Assembly (NCBI GenBank): GCA_965552055.1
Contig: CBEVQO010000004.1
Coordinates: 1 to 64,000 of the forward strand
DNA: 64,000 nt
Source: an uncultured bacterium
GTDB lineage: Bacteria; Hydrothermota; UBA3073; NMUJ01; CBEVQO01
Direction: 5' to 3'
Shown: positions 36,223-46,307 of the stretch, piece after piece
How positions within the stretch are numbered: position 1 is the stretch's first letter
Layout: every line of letters starts with the position of its first letter
Notes under the pieces: generated by a model
The model's input: the letters and a program-made list of their open reading frames with translations, nothing else
Database searches by the model: none
What the model was told of the DNA's origin: nothing
Program-made: the position numbers and the translations under genes

Positions 36223-37523
36223 AATAATTTTGCTTCAAAAGGAAAAGCATCCCCATATTTTCCTTTTTCATATTCGAAATCTGCTTTTGTAAGAATTTTA
36301 TTACCAAAATATACTTCTTTAATTTCTTTATCATCAAAAACTATTCCTTTGACATAGAGGTCTGGTTCTATCAATTTTGTTTGGTAAATTTTTATGACAG
36401 GAGGTGCATTTATCGTTATTTTGTCTTCTTCTATCCAGCCTTTTAATCCTTCTTCTGTTTTTACATAGAGATATTTATCAGCTACTTTTATTATTTGTAA
36501 TTTGAGGGGTGGTATAAGTTTTTTTATTTCGCCTGTTAAACTTTTTAAATCTGCTTCTTCCTTTAAATACACAATTTGCCCTTCAAAAAGTTTATAAAAC
36601 TGCCATATTCTTATAGTTCTATCATTACCGCCTGATGCAAGGTATTTGCCATCTGGTGAAAAACAAACAGAATTCATCCAACCTTTGTAACCTTTCAATG
36701 TCTTCATGCATTCCCCTGTTGCTACCCGCCATATTTTTATTGTGTTATCATAACTGTTTGATACTATATATCTGCCATCGGGTGAAAAGCAAATAGAATT
36801 TACTAAACCTTTATGACCTTTCAATGTTTTTATGCATTCTCCCGTTGCTATCTGCCATATTTTTATTGTGTTATCAACGCTGCATGACGCCAGATATTCG
36901 CCATCGGGTGAAAAACAAATAGACAATACAGGTTTTTCATGTCCCTTCAATGTCTTTATACATTTTCCTGCTGCTACCTGCCATATTTTTATTGTTTTAT
37001 CAGCACTGCATGATGCAAGGTATTTGCCGTTAGCTGAAAAACAAACAGAATACACATAACCTTTATGTCTTTTCAGTGTTTTTATGCATTCTCCTGTTGA
37101 TACTTGCCATATTTTTATTGTTTTATCATCACTGCATGATGCGAGGTATTTACCATCGGGTGAAAAACAAACAGACCTTACCCAATTTTTATGTCCCTCT
37201 AATGTCTTAATGCATTTTCCTGTTGATACTTGCCATATTTTTATCGTTTTATCATAACTGCACGATGCTAGATATTTGCCATCGGGCGAAAAACAAACAG
37301 AAAGTACATAATCTTTATGTCCTGTCAATGTCTTTATGCATTTTCCTGTTGCTACTTCCCAGATTTTTATTGTGTTATCACTGCTACCCGATGCAAGATA
37401 TTTGCCATCAGGTGAAAAGCACACTGAATAAACACCGCCTTCGTGCCCCTTTAGTGTCATAATACATTCCTGTGCACTGGCTATGCTAAAAAGTAGAAAA
37501 ACAAACAAAGGAAGGTGCTTCAT
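36183..37523 (-). CDS. Secreted WD40-repeat beta-propeller protein
   Basis: Signal peptide, seven 42-aa GH..V.SVCFSPDGKYLAS.S.D.TIKIW repeats, then SH3-like and Ig-like segments. Confidence 0.88.
   Translation of the reverse strand: MKHLPLFVFLLFSIASAQECIMTLKGHEGGVYSVCFSPDGKYLASGSSDNTIKIWEVATGKCIKTLTGHKDYVLSVCFSPDGKYLASCSYDKTIKIWQVSTGKCIKTLEGHKNWVRSVCFSPDGKYLASCSDDKTIKIWQVSTGECIKTLKRHKGYVYSVCFSANGKYLASCSADKTIKIWQVAAGKCIKTLKGHEKPVLSICFSPDGEYLASCSVDNTIKIWQIATGECIKTLKGHKGLVNSICFSPDGRYIVSNSYDNTIKIWRVATGECMKTLKGYKGWMNSVCFSPDGKYLASGGNDRTIRIWQFYKLFEGQIVYLKEEADLKSLTGEIKKLIPPLKLQIIKVADKYLYVKTEEGLKGWIEEDKITINAPPVIKIYQTKLIEPDLYVKGIVFDDKEIKEVYFGNKILTKADFEYEKGKYGDAFPFEAKLFCEIFSLISIHTN
36598..37470 (-). 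repeat. Seven imperfect tandem 126-bp WD40-coding repeats
   Basis: Recurring gccatatttttat...tatca...ccatc.ggtgaaaa.caaa units at 126-bp period. Confidence 0.8.
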
Positions 37524-37531
37524 ACACCCTC

Positions 37532-38260
37532 CTATCTGCCATACAGCAACCTCTCTGCAAGTATCACTGGTAAATCTGCCTCTATTATTTTGCGCTGCGC
37601 AAGCCGAATATCATAATCAACCCTTATAATGCGAAAATGCTTCTTATCTGTATCATAAATACCAAAAGAGGCTCGGGGGTCAAAATCACGGGGCTGACCC
37701 ACACTTCCAACATTTATCAAATATTTTTTGCCATCTTCTATAAAAAACTCCTCTCTATCAATCATGAAAATATCAAGGTTTTCATCAAGCATAAATGTAA
37801 CTGGAACATGTGAATGCCCTATAAAACAAACATTTTCCTTTATAACCTGCAGTTCATAGTATGCATCATAAGCATTCAGGATATATTTCCATTCTTCAGG
37901 AGAATTCGGTGAAGCATGTACAAAAAGCAAATTTTCATATTTTAAAGTTAAAGGCAATTTTGATAAAAAGTCAAAGTTATCTGGTGTTAATTTTTTCATC
38001 GTCCATTCGATTGCCGTGCGGGCATTGGGATTGAACCAGTCGAGCGGTGTCTTCATACACACGGCAGAATCATGATTTCCCATCACAATTTTATCTGTTA
38101 ATTTTTTAACAATGTCACAGCATTCGTTGGGATTGGCACCATACCCCACAATATCTCCAAGGCACACTATTTTGTCGGGCTTTTCTTCTTCTATCTTTTT
38201 GAGAACAGCGTTAAGGGCTTCGAGATTTCCATGTATATCACTTATTATCGCTATCTTCAT
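37532..38260 (-). CDS. Metallophosphoesterase (calcineurin-like)
   Basis: SDIHGN, GDIVGYG, GNHD, GHSH, NVGSVGQPRD. Confidence 0.9.
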   Translation of the reverse strand: MKIAIISDIHGNLEALNAVLKKIEEEKPDKIVCLGDIVGYGANPNECCDIVKKLTDKIVMGNHDSAVCMKTPLDWFNPNARTAIEWTMKKLTPDNFDFLSKLPLTLKYENLLFVHASPNSPEEWKYILNAYDAYYELQVIKENVCFIGHSHVPVTFMLDENLDIFMIDREEFFIEDGKKYLINVGSVGQPRDFDPRASFGIYDTDKKHFRIIRVDYDIRLAQRKIIEADLPVILAERLLYGR

Positions 38261-38666
38261 CTTTCAAAACATAATCTTTATAAATTCTATCAAGCACACC
38301 GTTTACAAATTTTCCTGAATCTTCTGTCGAGTATTTTTTTGCAAGTTCTATTGCTTCATCAATTGAAACTTTTGGTGGTATATCTTCCATATATAGCATT
38401 TCAGCTGTTGCCATGCGTAAAATGTTGCGGTCAAGTGATGCAAGTCGTTTCAAATCCCAGTTTATCAATACTTTTTTTAAAATTTCGTCTATTTCTTCAA
38501 TATGTGAAATTGTTGTATCCACAAGTCTTTTTGCAAATTTTTTTACGGATTTTGGTGGATTGTATCTATAAAAAAGGTCTTCAAGTATTTCGTCAATTGA
38601 ATTTTCTGATAATTCGTGGCAATAGAGTGCTTCTACTGCTATTTCTCTTGCCCATCTTCTTTTCAT
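38238..38666 (-). CDS. nusB: Transcription antitermination factor
   Basis: RRWARE, DRNILR, IPPKVSIDEAIELAKKYS...FVNGVLD. Confidence 0.93.
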   Translation of the reverse strand: MKRRWAREIAVEALYCHELSENSIDEILEDLFYRYNPPKSVKKFAKRLVDTTISHIEEIDEILKKVLINWDLKRLASLDRNILRMATAEMLYMEDIPPKVSIDEAIELAKKYSTEDSGKFVNGVLDRIYKDYVLKDEDSDNK

Positions 38667-39127
38667 TTAGCTTTTTCAATTATTGAGAGCATTTCAAGAG
38701 CTGTGTAAGCTGCTTCGTATCCTTTGTTACCCTGTTTGCCACCTGCGCGCTCAAGTGCCTGATTTAAATCATCGGCTGTTATTATGCCGAAGACAACGGG
38801 TATTTCGGAAGTGCGTGAAAGAGCACCTATACTCCTTGTTACTTCACCTGCTATGTAATCGAAATGAGGGGTTTCGCCCCGGATAACCGCACCAAGACAT
38901 ATTATGGCATCGTAGCGCTTGCTTTTGACGAGTATTTGGGCAATTTGGGGGATTTCAAAAGAGCCCGGCACCTTGAATACTTCTATGTCATCGTCATTCG
39001 CACCATGTTTCAAAAGGCATTCTCTCGCACCATCAAGAAGTTTATCCGTTATAAGTGAATTAAAGCGCGATTGCACTATTGCAAACTTTTTACCCTTTGC
39101 AGATATTTCGGGATAATGAATTTTCAT
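38663..39127 (-). CDS. ribH: 6,7-dimethyl-8-ribityllumazine synthase
   Basis: SRFN, VPGSFEIP, GAVIRGETPHFDY, GNKG. Confidence 0.95.
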   Translation of the reverse strand: MKIHYPEISAKGKKFAIVQSRFNSLITDKLLDGARECLLKHGANDDDIEVFKVPGSFEIPQIAQILVKSKRYDAIICLGAVIRGETPHFDYIAGEVTRSIGALSRTSEIPVVFGIITADDLNQALERAGGKQGNKGYEAAYTALEMLSIIEKAK

Positions 39128-39133
39128 AGCCCC

Positions 39134-39907
39134 TCACTTTTTAAATTTTATATCTTCTAACTTAAATTTTTCTATACCTTTGCCTTCGAATTTCACATAA
39201 ACATATTTTCTGAAAAGGTCAAGTTCGCTTACAATTCCTTTACCTGCTGGAGTTTCTACTTCATCACCGACCATCGGGAATTTATCCTGTATTTCTTCGT
39301 AAAATTCTTTTTCAAAAGCAAGACAGCACATAAGGCGACCACAGACACCTGTCACTTTGTCTATTCCACAGCTGAGACGCTGTAATTTTATCAAACTTAC
39401 GCCTATTGATTCAAATTCTTTAATAAAGGTAGAACAACAAGTTGGCAAGCCACACACTCCGTATTCTGTGAAGAGTTTTGCATAATCGCGTGCACCCATT
39501 TGCTGGAGCTCTACCTTTAACTTAAATTGCCTTGCAGTGGCTCTTGCTAAATTTTTGAGATTAAGTTTCTTTTCTGATAAATATCTTATCTTTATGTAAG
39601 TGCCATCAAATTTTATGTGATGGTCTGCGATTTTTACAGGTAAATCTTTTTCTTTTATTTTTTGTCTGATAAAATCAATAATTTTTTCTGCTTTTTTCTT
39701 TTGCTCTTCGTATTTTTTAAGGTCTTCTTCTGTTGCTTTTCTAACGATTAAAAATCCGACTTTTCCTTCTTTTATTATGTTTATGATTTCACCTATATCC
39801 AGTCCTGCGTGAGTTTTAAATATGACAATATCACCTGGTTTATAATCTAAGTATGGTGTAAAAGATGCTTTTACTATATCTGGACCTGTTTTTATTTCGG
39901 CAATCAT
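39134..39907 (-). CDS. PSP1/RicT (YaaT) family Fe-S protein
   Basis: GARD, GVCGLPTCC, GVCGRLMCCLAFE. Confidence 0.85.
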   Translation of the reverse strand: MIAEIKTGPDIVKASFTPYLDYKPGDIVIFKTHAGLDIGEIINIIKEGKVGFLIVRKATEEDLKKYEEQKKKAEKIIDFIRQKIKEKDLPVKIADHHIKFDGTYIKIRYLSEKKLNLKNLARATARQFKLKVELQQMGARDYAKLFTEYGVCGLPTCCSTFIKEFESIGVSLIKLQRLSCGIDKVTGVCGRLMCCLAFEKEFYEEIQDKFPMVGDEVETPAGKGIVSELDLFRKYVYVKFEGKGIEKFKLEDIKFKK

Positions 39908-40012
39908 ACTAAAATTTTTAATAAAATAATGAGGATGTCAAGTTGAAAATTTTTTTATTTTTTTCTTGACAAATCTCCTTTTTGAATAAATATGGAGTAG
40001 AAAGGGGGTGTT

Positions 40013-40270
40013 ATGAAGAGGGTATGGTATCTTATAGGTTGTGCGGTGTTGTCGCTAGCTCTTATGGGCTGTGGTAAGAAGGTGAAGTATGCAGATGAAG
40101 CCACGCTCGGTAGATTGGACGAGTTGATTACCGAATATGAGAAAGCGGATAAGGAGTTGAATGCTCTTACGGGCGAAAAGGAGAAGCTGATGAAGCAGAA
40201 GTCGGATCTTGAGAAACAGGCAGAGGAATTGAAGTCAAAAATTGCAGAACTTAAAGGGGAGGGGAAATGA
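40013..40270 (+). CDS. Small coiled-coil lipoprotein
   Basis: Lipobox LMGC, heptad E/K/L pattern, ends in Lys. Confidence 0.7.
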   Translation: MKRVWYLIGCAVLSLALMGCGKKVKYADEATLGRLDELITEYEKADKELNALTGEKEKLMKQKSDLEKQAEELKSKIAELKGEGK

Positions 40271-40842
40271 GAGGCATACTTGCAATAATGGCATTGGTGA
40301 CATTTGGGGGACTGCTTTACGCTCAGGAAGGAACAATAACGGATGAAGAAGCGAAAACACTCCTGGAACAATATAATGAAACGGGGAAGTTGAAGGCTGA
40401 TGAAGCAGAGGCACTGATTAAATATTATGAGGCAAAGATTAGCGAGAAAAAGAGTGAGATTGATAAGATAAAGCCCGAGGTTGAGAAATTGAGAGCAGAG
40501 GTTGATAAACTGACCGCTCTGGTTGATAGTTTGCAGAAAGTAATAGCCGAGTTAGAAGCTGCGAAAAAGGGAGCAGAAGAAGTAGCCAAGGAAGAGAAAG
40601 CAGAGGTTAAACCCGGTGAATACAAATATTATGTTGTGAAGAAAGGCGACTGGCTATCAAAGCTCGCAGAATATCCAGAGGTATATGGTCACGGATACTA
40701 CATGCTATGGCCCGAGATCTACAAGGCAAATAAGGACATAATAAAAGACCCGAATCTGATATATCCGGGGCAGAAGCTAAAGATACCTGTGCTAACACCT
40801 GAGCAAAAAGAGGCGTTAAAGAAGAAATATCTTAAAAAGTAA
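40267..40842 (+). CDS. Secreted coiled-coil LysM-domain protein
   Basis: Signal peptide; YVVKKGDWLSKLA...WPEIYKAN...DPNLIYPGQKLKIP. Confidence 0.85.
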   Translation: MRGILAIMALVTFGGLLYAQEGTITDEEAKTLLEQYNETGKLKADEAEALIKYYEAKISEKKSEIDKIKPEVEKLRAEVDKLTALVDSLQKVIAELEAAKKGAEEVAKEEKAEVKPGEYKYYVVKKGDWLSKLAEYPEVYGHGYYMLWPEIYKANKDIIKDPNLIYPGQKLKIPVLTPEQKEALKKKYLKK

Positions 40843-40857
40843 TGTATATCTAAAATT

Positions 40858-40892
40858 GAGCCCCCTATCTTCAATGGTAGGGGGTCTTTTTT
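40858..40892 (+). terminator. Rho-independent terminator
   Basis: CCCCCTATC-ttcaat-GGTAGGGGG hairpin followed by TTTTTT. Confidence 0.75.
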
Positions 40893-40898
40893 ATTAAA

Positions 40899-41825
40899 AT
40901 GATTATAACAAAAGTATTATCAATAAGCGGGATAGACCCTGTGAAATTGCTTGGTCAGGCAGATGAGAATCTACGCTATCTCATTAAGAGATACGATGCC
41001 CACATAGTGCTGAGAGGGGATAATCTTCTGATTACGGGTGACGATGCGGAAGTTGATTTCCTGTATGATAAGTTAAATAGATTGATTCAGGAAGTGAAGA
41101 AAGGCAAAGCGATAACTCTCGATGATTTAAAAGAGACCCTCGAATCATCATTTGCGGAAAGAGAAAGGAAACCTTTTCTTGAGACCTATCGCGGTATAGT
41201 TAAACCAAGAAGCAAGGGTCAGGAAGAATATATAAGGGCTTTGAACGAAAATGACATTGTTGTTTGCGTAGGTCCTGCAGGTACCGGTAAAACTTTTCTT
41301 GCTGCTGCGAAAGCAGTTTCTTTGCTAAAAAATAAGAGGGTGCAGAGAATAATATTAACCCGTCCGGCAGTAGAGGCAGGAGAAAGATTGGGCTTCTTAC
41401 CAGGGAGCTTCAAAGAAAAAGTTGACCCTTATCTGCGTCCTCTTTATGATGCATTGTATCAGTTAATGCCATTATCAAAATTCAGACAATTACTTGAAGA
41501 TGATATTATAGAAATTGCACCACTTGCTTACATGAGGGGCAGAAATTTAAATGACTGCTTTGTTATCCTTGATGAAGCACAGAATACCACTAAAATGCAG
41601 ATGAAGATGTTTCTCACAAGGTTGGGTCCTAATTCCAAAGCATGCATCACTGGTGATGTAACACAAATTGATTTGAAAAACAATCAAGATTCTGGACTTC
41701 TTCATATAATGAAAATTCTACAGGGAATAAATGGCATAAAATTTGTAACACTATCAGAAGAAGATATTGTTCGTCATCACCTCGTAAAAGAGATAATCAA
41801 AGCATACGAAAAGAATGGATTCTAA
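40899..41825 (+). CDS. phoH: PhoH family ATPase
   Basis: GPAGTGKT, LTRPAVEAGE.LGFLPG, APLAYMRGR, DEAQN, GDVTQID. Confidence 0.92.
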   Translation: MIITKVLSISGIDPVKLLGQADENLRYLIKRYDAHIVLRGDNLLITGDDAEVDFLYDKLNRLIQEVKKGKAITLDDLKETLESSFAERERKPFLETYRGIVKPRSKGQEEYIRALNENDIVVCVGPAGTGKTFLAAAKAVSLLKNKRVQRIILTRPAVEAGERLGFLPGSFKEKVDPYLRPLYDALYQLMPLSKFRQLLEDDIIEIAPLAYMRGRNLNDCFVILDEAQNTTKMQMKMFLTRLGPNSKACITGDVTQIDLKNNQDSGLLHIMKILQGINGIKFVTLSEEDIVRHHLVKEIIKAYEKNGF

Positions 41826-43866
41826 AACTGACCTTACAATCAAAATATTTTCCTTTGCTGTTTTTCTTGTTCTTTTAAATGCGCTTTTCCCCATTCGTCC
41901 ACCCCGTTATAATTTGAAAATAGGAGAAAAAGCCAAAGAAGATATAATAGCTCCCTATGACTTTTTTATAATGAAAAGTGCCAATGAACTTGAGAGAGAA
42001 AGGAAAGCAGCAAAATGGGAGGTGCCTCCTGTTTTCAGCAGAATAAAAAGCGTAGGAGAAAGAGTAGATTCTATCTTCGATAGAATACTCCTTGCACAAA
42101 CAGAAACCGAAATAAGAAAAATCATACCGGAATTATCAAAAAAAGAAGCCATAACAGTTTTGTATAATAAACATAGTGTTAAAAAGGCAGAAGAAAAAAT
42201 CAAAGAAATACTCGGAAAAGGAATTATACAGAGTAAAGATGCTCTTATATTTAACAAAATTCAGTTAACATCGGGGAAAATTTTAAATAAAAAAGAGATT
42301 TTCGATGTCAAAACGGCTAAAGAAGATTATGAAAAATATTTGAAAAAAATAACGGGAAATCAAAATTTAATTTCTGCTCTTACAAAAATTTATGATAAAG
42401 TGGTTAGAAGCAATCTTATTTTGAATTATAAAGCTACGCGACTTGAGATGAAAAAAGCCGAAGAAAAGGTATCTCCATATAAAGGTAAGGTTTCTAAAGG
42501 TGAAGTTATTGTGAGGGCGCATCAGCGTATTGATACAACTATTTTCGAGAAATTAAAAGCGCTTGCGAATTACAGCAAAACATTAAAGGCAAAACTGCTT
42601 TCTGTAATCGGGCAAAATTTACTATACATTACAATAAGTATCGCAATGTTTATAATGCTTAAATTTTTATCACCGCAAACTTTAAAAAACAGAAAAAAAT
42701 GGCTGATCGCTTTTTCTTCTTTATCACTATTTTTCCTTTTACATGCTTTACAATTTTACAGATTATCGGTTTATTTAATCCCGATTGCTTTTCTTTCTAT
42801 AACTCTTTCTTTACTTTTAGATGAAATTACTGCAATAATAATGGTAGTAACTGCATCTGCTTTCATCGCTGCTTTACCGCAAACAGGATTCGAAGAGCTT
42901 ATGATCAGTTTGCTATCCGGGATTACAATAGTTTTTATTTGTTCAAGAGTAAGAAAGACATCCGAATTTTATAAAGTTGTGCTTTACTCTATTTTAAGCT
43001 ATATGGTTGTTGCTTTTTCCTGTGAATTTATAAAGACATCAGATTTTAAAATTTTATTAAGAGAGATAAAATTTGCTGCGTTAGGGGGACTTGGTTTCAG
43101 TGTGCTTGGTTTTGGTCTCATACCCTTTTTTGAGCGCTCTTTCCGCACTTATACCCGTCTATCTCTTATAGAATTCGCAGATTTAAATCGTAAGATAATG
43201 AAAGAATTTGCAGAAAAAGCACCCGGCTCTTACAATCACTCAATACTTGTTGCATCGCTAGCAGAAGCAGCAGCAAAAGAAATTGGAGCTAATTCATTAC
43301 TCGCATTAATAGGCGGATATTATCATGATATCGGCAAACTCGTTAAACCCGAATATTTCATTGAAAATCAAATGGAAGGGATGAAACCTGCAAAAGAAGT
43401 GAAACCCGAGATGATGCGTTCAATACTGCTCGCTCATGTAAGAGAAGGAGTAAAGATTGTAGAGAAAGAAGGCTTACCCGAAGAAGTGATAAACATAATA
43501 AAAGAGCATCACGGAACAACACTTATGGAATCACTTTATTATGAAGGAGCACCCGAAGAAGAGTTCAGATACAAAGGACCTGTACCTTCGTCAAAGGAGT
43601 CGGCTATCGTTATGCTTGCCGATGCAGTAGAAGCAAGAGTTAGATTGCTCGAAAAGGTAAATCCAGCAAAAATAATGGAGATAATAGAAGACACAATCGA
43701 TAAAAGATTAAAGGAAGGACAGCTATCAAACTCAAATCTCACACTCTCTGACCTTGAAAAAATTAAAAAGGCATTTTTACCTATATTGATGGGAATATCT
43801 CATAGAAGGATTGAATATCCAAATGCAAATAGAAATTCAAGACCTGACAAAAAGCAGGATAAATAA
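41815..43866 (+). CDS. 7TM-HD phosphohydrolase (PgpH-like, HDIG)
   Basis: Extracellular domain, TM block, APGSYNHS, YYHDIGK, EHHGT, MLADAVEA. Confidence 0.85.
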   Translation: MDSKTDLTIKIFSFAVFLVLLNALFPIRPPRYNLKIGEKAKEDIIAPYDFFIMKSANELERERKAAKWEVPPVFSRIKSVGERVDSIFDRILLAQTETEIRKIIPELSKKEAITVLYNKHSVKKAEEKIKEILGKGIIQSKDALIFNKIQLTSGKILNKKEIFDVKTAKEDYEKYLKKITGNQNLISALTKIYDKVVRSNLILNYKATRLEMKKAEEKVSPYKGKVSKGEVIVRAHQRIDTTIFEKLKALANYSKTLKAKLLSVIGQNLLYITISIAMFIMLKFLSPQTLKNRKKWLIAFSSLSLFFLLHALQFYRLSVYLIPIAFLSITLSLLLDEITAIIMVVTASAFIAALPQTGFEELMISLLSGITIVFICSRVRKTSEFYKVVLYSILSYMVVAFSCEFIKTSDFKILLREIKFAALGGLGFSVLGFGLIPFFERSFRTYTRLSLIEFADLNRKIMKEFAEKAPGSYNHSILVASLAEAAAKEIGANSLLALIGGYYHDIGKLVKPEYFIENQMEGMKPAKEVKPEMMRSILLAHVREGVKIVEKEGLPEEVINIIKEHHGTTLMESLYYEGAPEEEFRYKGPVPSSKESAIVMLADAVEARVRLLEKVNPAKIMEIIEDTIDKRLKEGQLSNSNLTLSDLEKIKKAFLPILMGISHRRIEYPNANRNSRPDKKQDK

Positions 43867-44224
43867 AAAAAGATTGAAAAAACTTGCAAAAAGAATTTTA
43901 AAAGAAGAAAAATCAGGGCAAAAAATTAAAATATCAATAACGATTATTGATAAAGAAAAAATAAGGGAATTGAATAAGAAATACAAAAAGAGGGATAAAG
44001 AGACGAATGTGCTTGCTTTTGAGATACCGGTAGAAGGTAAAAATCTGAAATTGTGCGACATTTATATATCTGTAGATGAAGCTCGGAAATATGCAAAAGA
44101 ATTAAAAGAAAGTTTGATAAAAAATATAGCAAGATTAATGATTCACGGGATATTGCATACTCTGGGGTATAATCACGGAAAAGAAATGGAAGAAAAAGAA
44201 AATTATTATCTTTCTAAATTATGA
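43823..44224 (+). CDS. ybeY: rRNA maturation endoribonuclease
   Basis: ELNKKY....TNVLAF, DIYIS, HGILHTLGYNH. Confidence 0.88.
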   Translation: MQIEIQDLTKSRINKKRLKKLAKRILKEEKSGQKIKISITIIDKEKIRELNKKYKKRDKETNVLAFEIPVEGKNLKLCDIYISVDEARKYAKELKESLIKNIARLMIHGILHTLGYNHGKEMEEKENYYLSKL

Positions 44225-45132
44225 ATATCTTCTTATTTTGTTTAATACCCTTTCTCCTCTATTTATCTGCTTTCTTTTCATCCACCGAAGCTGCAATTTT
44301 TCATCTTCCTTTGCTAACGATTGAAAAACTTGCTTTTAAGAATGCCCGATTTAAGGAACTGCTACAAAGGCAAAAATATCTATTAACAATTTTATTTGGA
44401 AATACACTTGTAAATCTTGCATTTGCTATTGTTTTGAGCACTCTTCTTCTTTCTATTTTTAAAATAAAATCAGCTGCATACGACCTCGTTTCCACACTTC
44501 TTGGTGCTTACATTGTGCTACTGTTTGGCGAAATATGCCCAAAATTATACGCACTGAAAAATGCAGAAAAAATAACTGTAAAAAATTTCCCGATTATAAA
44601 GTGTCTTTATTGTGTATTTTATCCTGTTACAAAACTTTTTGAAAAATTGCTACCAGAAATGACAGAAAGGACACCTTTATCTTTATCAGAGCTAAAATTG
44701 CTTATTTCTCATGGTTTTTCGGATGGTGCAATAACAGACAGGGAAGCGAAGTTTATAAGTCATATTCTTGATTTGAAGGACATAAAGATTGCAAATGTTA
44801 TGACAACAGAAATGGAAGTGGTATCCGCATCTGAACCCGTTCAAAAGATAATTAGAAGGGTTAAACATTCAAGAATTCCTGTTTATGAGGGTGTAAGTTC
44901 AAACATAATTGGTGTTTTATACATAAAAGACCTCATTGGTGTGAAAGATGGCGTAGCGAGGGATTATATGCGCAAACCTGTTTTTATAGATATCAACACA
45001 TCGTTAAAAGAGATGCTCGATTATTTCCTTGAAAATAGAGTTCATATTGCACTTGTGAAGAAAGGAGGAAGGGTAGTTGGCTTAATAACCCTTGATGACA
45101 TTATAGAAACGGTTTTAAGAGGTGTTGTATGA
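44221..45132 (+). CDS. CNNM (DUF21)-CBS membrane protein
   Basis: FFSSTEAAIF, TILFGNTLVN, LLFGEICPK, HSRIPVY. Confidence 0.85.
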   Translation: MNIFLFCLIPFLLYLSAFFSSTEAAIFHLPLLTIEKLAFKNARFKELLQRQKYLLTILFGNTLVNLAFAIVLSTLLLSIFKIKSAAYDLVSTLLGAYIVLLFGEICPKLYALKNAEKITVKNFPIIKCLYCVFYPVTKLFEKLLPEMTERTPLSLSELKLLISHGFSDGAITDREAKFISHILDLKDIKIANVMTTEMEVVSASEPVQKIIRRVKHSRIPVYEGVSSNIIGVLYIKDLIGVKDGVARDYMRKPVFIDINTSLKEMLDYFLENRVHIALVKKGGRVVGLITLDDIIETVLRGVV

Positions 45133-46307
45133 TTGAGCTTATCTTATTGATAATCGGCTTATCTATTTTCACAGCTGCTGAAATGGCTTTGATATCTGCA
45201 GATAGGCTTAAAATAAGGTATCTTGCGCTTACAGGCAAAAAGAGCGCTGTATTTTCGCTTGAAATCTTAAAAAATCCACAATTATTTGCACCCACGATTT
45301 TAATCTGCCAGAATATTTTGTTAATAGCAATAGGAGTTAAATTCTTTGAATTATGGCACGAAAAATTATCAGATATCGCAATAACACTTATCAGTACTTT
45401 CATAGTGATGATATTTGCAGAAACTCTTCCAAAATCTTTATCTTACAGATGCAAAGAAAAGCTTGCATTATATTTATCTTATCTTGTTTATGCGATGTAT
45501 TTTTTGGTTTATCCATTTGCGGAATTTTTGAAGATAAGTTCTTCTTTGATATTGAGGCTACTCGGTGTAAAGCGCGTTGAAACCTTCCGTCATTCCCGTG
45601 AGGAAGTCAGGAGAGCTTTTAAGGATGTGATAAAAGGCACAGAAATTACGATAATTGACCGTATTTTAAGCTTTTGGGATAAGCGTGCAAAAGATATAAT
45701 GGTGCCGAGGCACAAAATAGTGGCAATTTCAATAGATTCATCAGTCGAAGAAGCAAGAACTTTGCTTAAAAAACATGGATTATCAAGATTGCCTGTTTAT
45801 AAAGGAACGATTGATAACATTAAGGGCATAATTCATGTTAAAGATTTATTTAATGCGAAAAATTTAAAAGATGCCATACGCAAATGCAAGTTTATTCCCG
45901 ATACAAAAAGAATATCAAGTTTGCTTGAAGAATTAAGGCGAGAAAATATCCACATGGCTATTGTAAAAGATGAATACGGTGCGACAGTGGGTTTAATCAC
46001 CGTTGAAGACATTCTCGAAGAGTTATTTGGTGAGATAAGGGATGAATATGATAGATTTGAAGAATTCCCGATTAAAAAAATTTCCGAAAACAGATATATT
46101 GTAAAAGGGGATGTCAGTTTGTTTGACATAAAGCAATATATCGGGATAGAGCTACCTGCTGGTGATTACGAAACAATCTCTGGGATGATTTTTGAACATC
46201 TCGAAAGGATTCCACAAGAAGGAGAAACATTTGAAATAGGAGGTTACAAATTTAAGATACTCGATATGGTTGGAAATAGAATTGACCGTGTTGAGATTGA
46301 AATTTAG
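45129..46307 (+). CDS. CNNM (DUF21)-CBS-CorC hemolysin-family protein
   Basis: AAEMALIS, IFAETLPK, IMVPR, DEYGATVGLITVEDILEELFGEIRDEYD. Confidence 0.88.
   Translation: MIELILLIIGLSIFTAAEMALISADRLKIRYLALTGKKSAVFSLEILKNPQLFAPTILICQNILLIAIGVKFFELWHEKLSDIAITLISTFIVMIFAETLPKSLSYRCKEKLALYLSYLVYAMYFLVYPFAEFLKISSSLILRLLGVKRVETFRHSREEVRRAFKDVIKGTEITIIDRILSFWDKRAKDIMVPRHKIVAISIDSSVEEARTLLKKHGLSRLPVYKGTIDNIKGIIHVKDLFNAKNLKDAIRKCKFIPDTKRISSLLEELRRENIHMAIVKDEYGATVGLITVEDILEELFGEIRDEYDRFEEFPIKKISENRYIVKGDVSLFDIKQYIGIELPAGDYETISGMIFEHLERIPQEGETFEIGGYKFKILDMVGNRIDRVEIEI

Noticed and set aside
36598..37470. WD40 repeats as a CRISPR array or DGR template/variable pair
   Set aside because: Repeats are in-frame coding units with no unique spacers; no cas or reverse transcriptase gene in the window
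40899..46307. phoH-HD-ybeY-CNNM cluster as a novel system
   Set aside because: Well-known conserved bacterial gene neighbourhood
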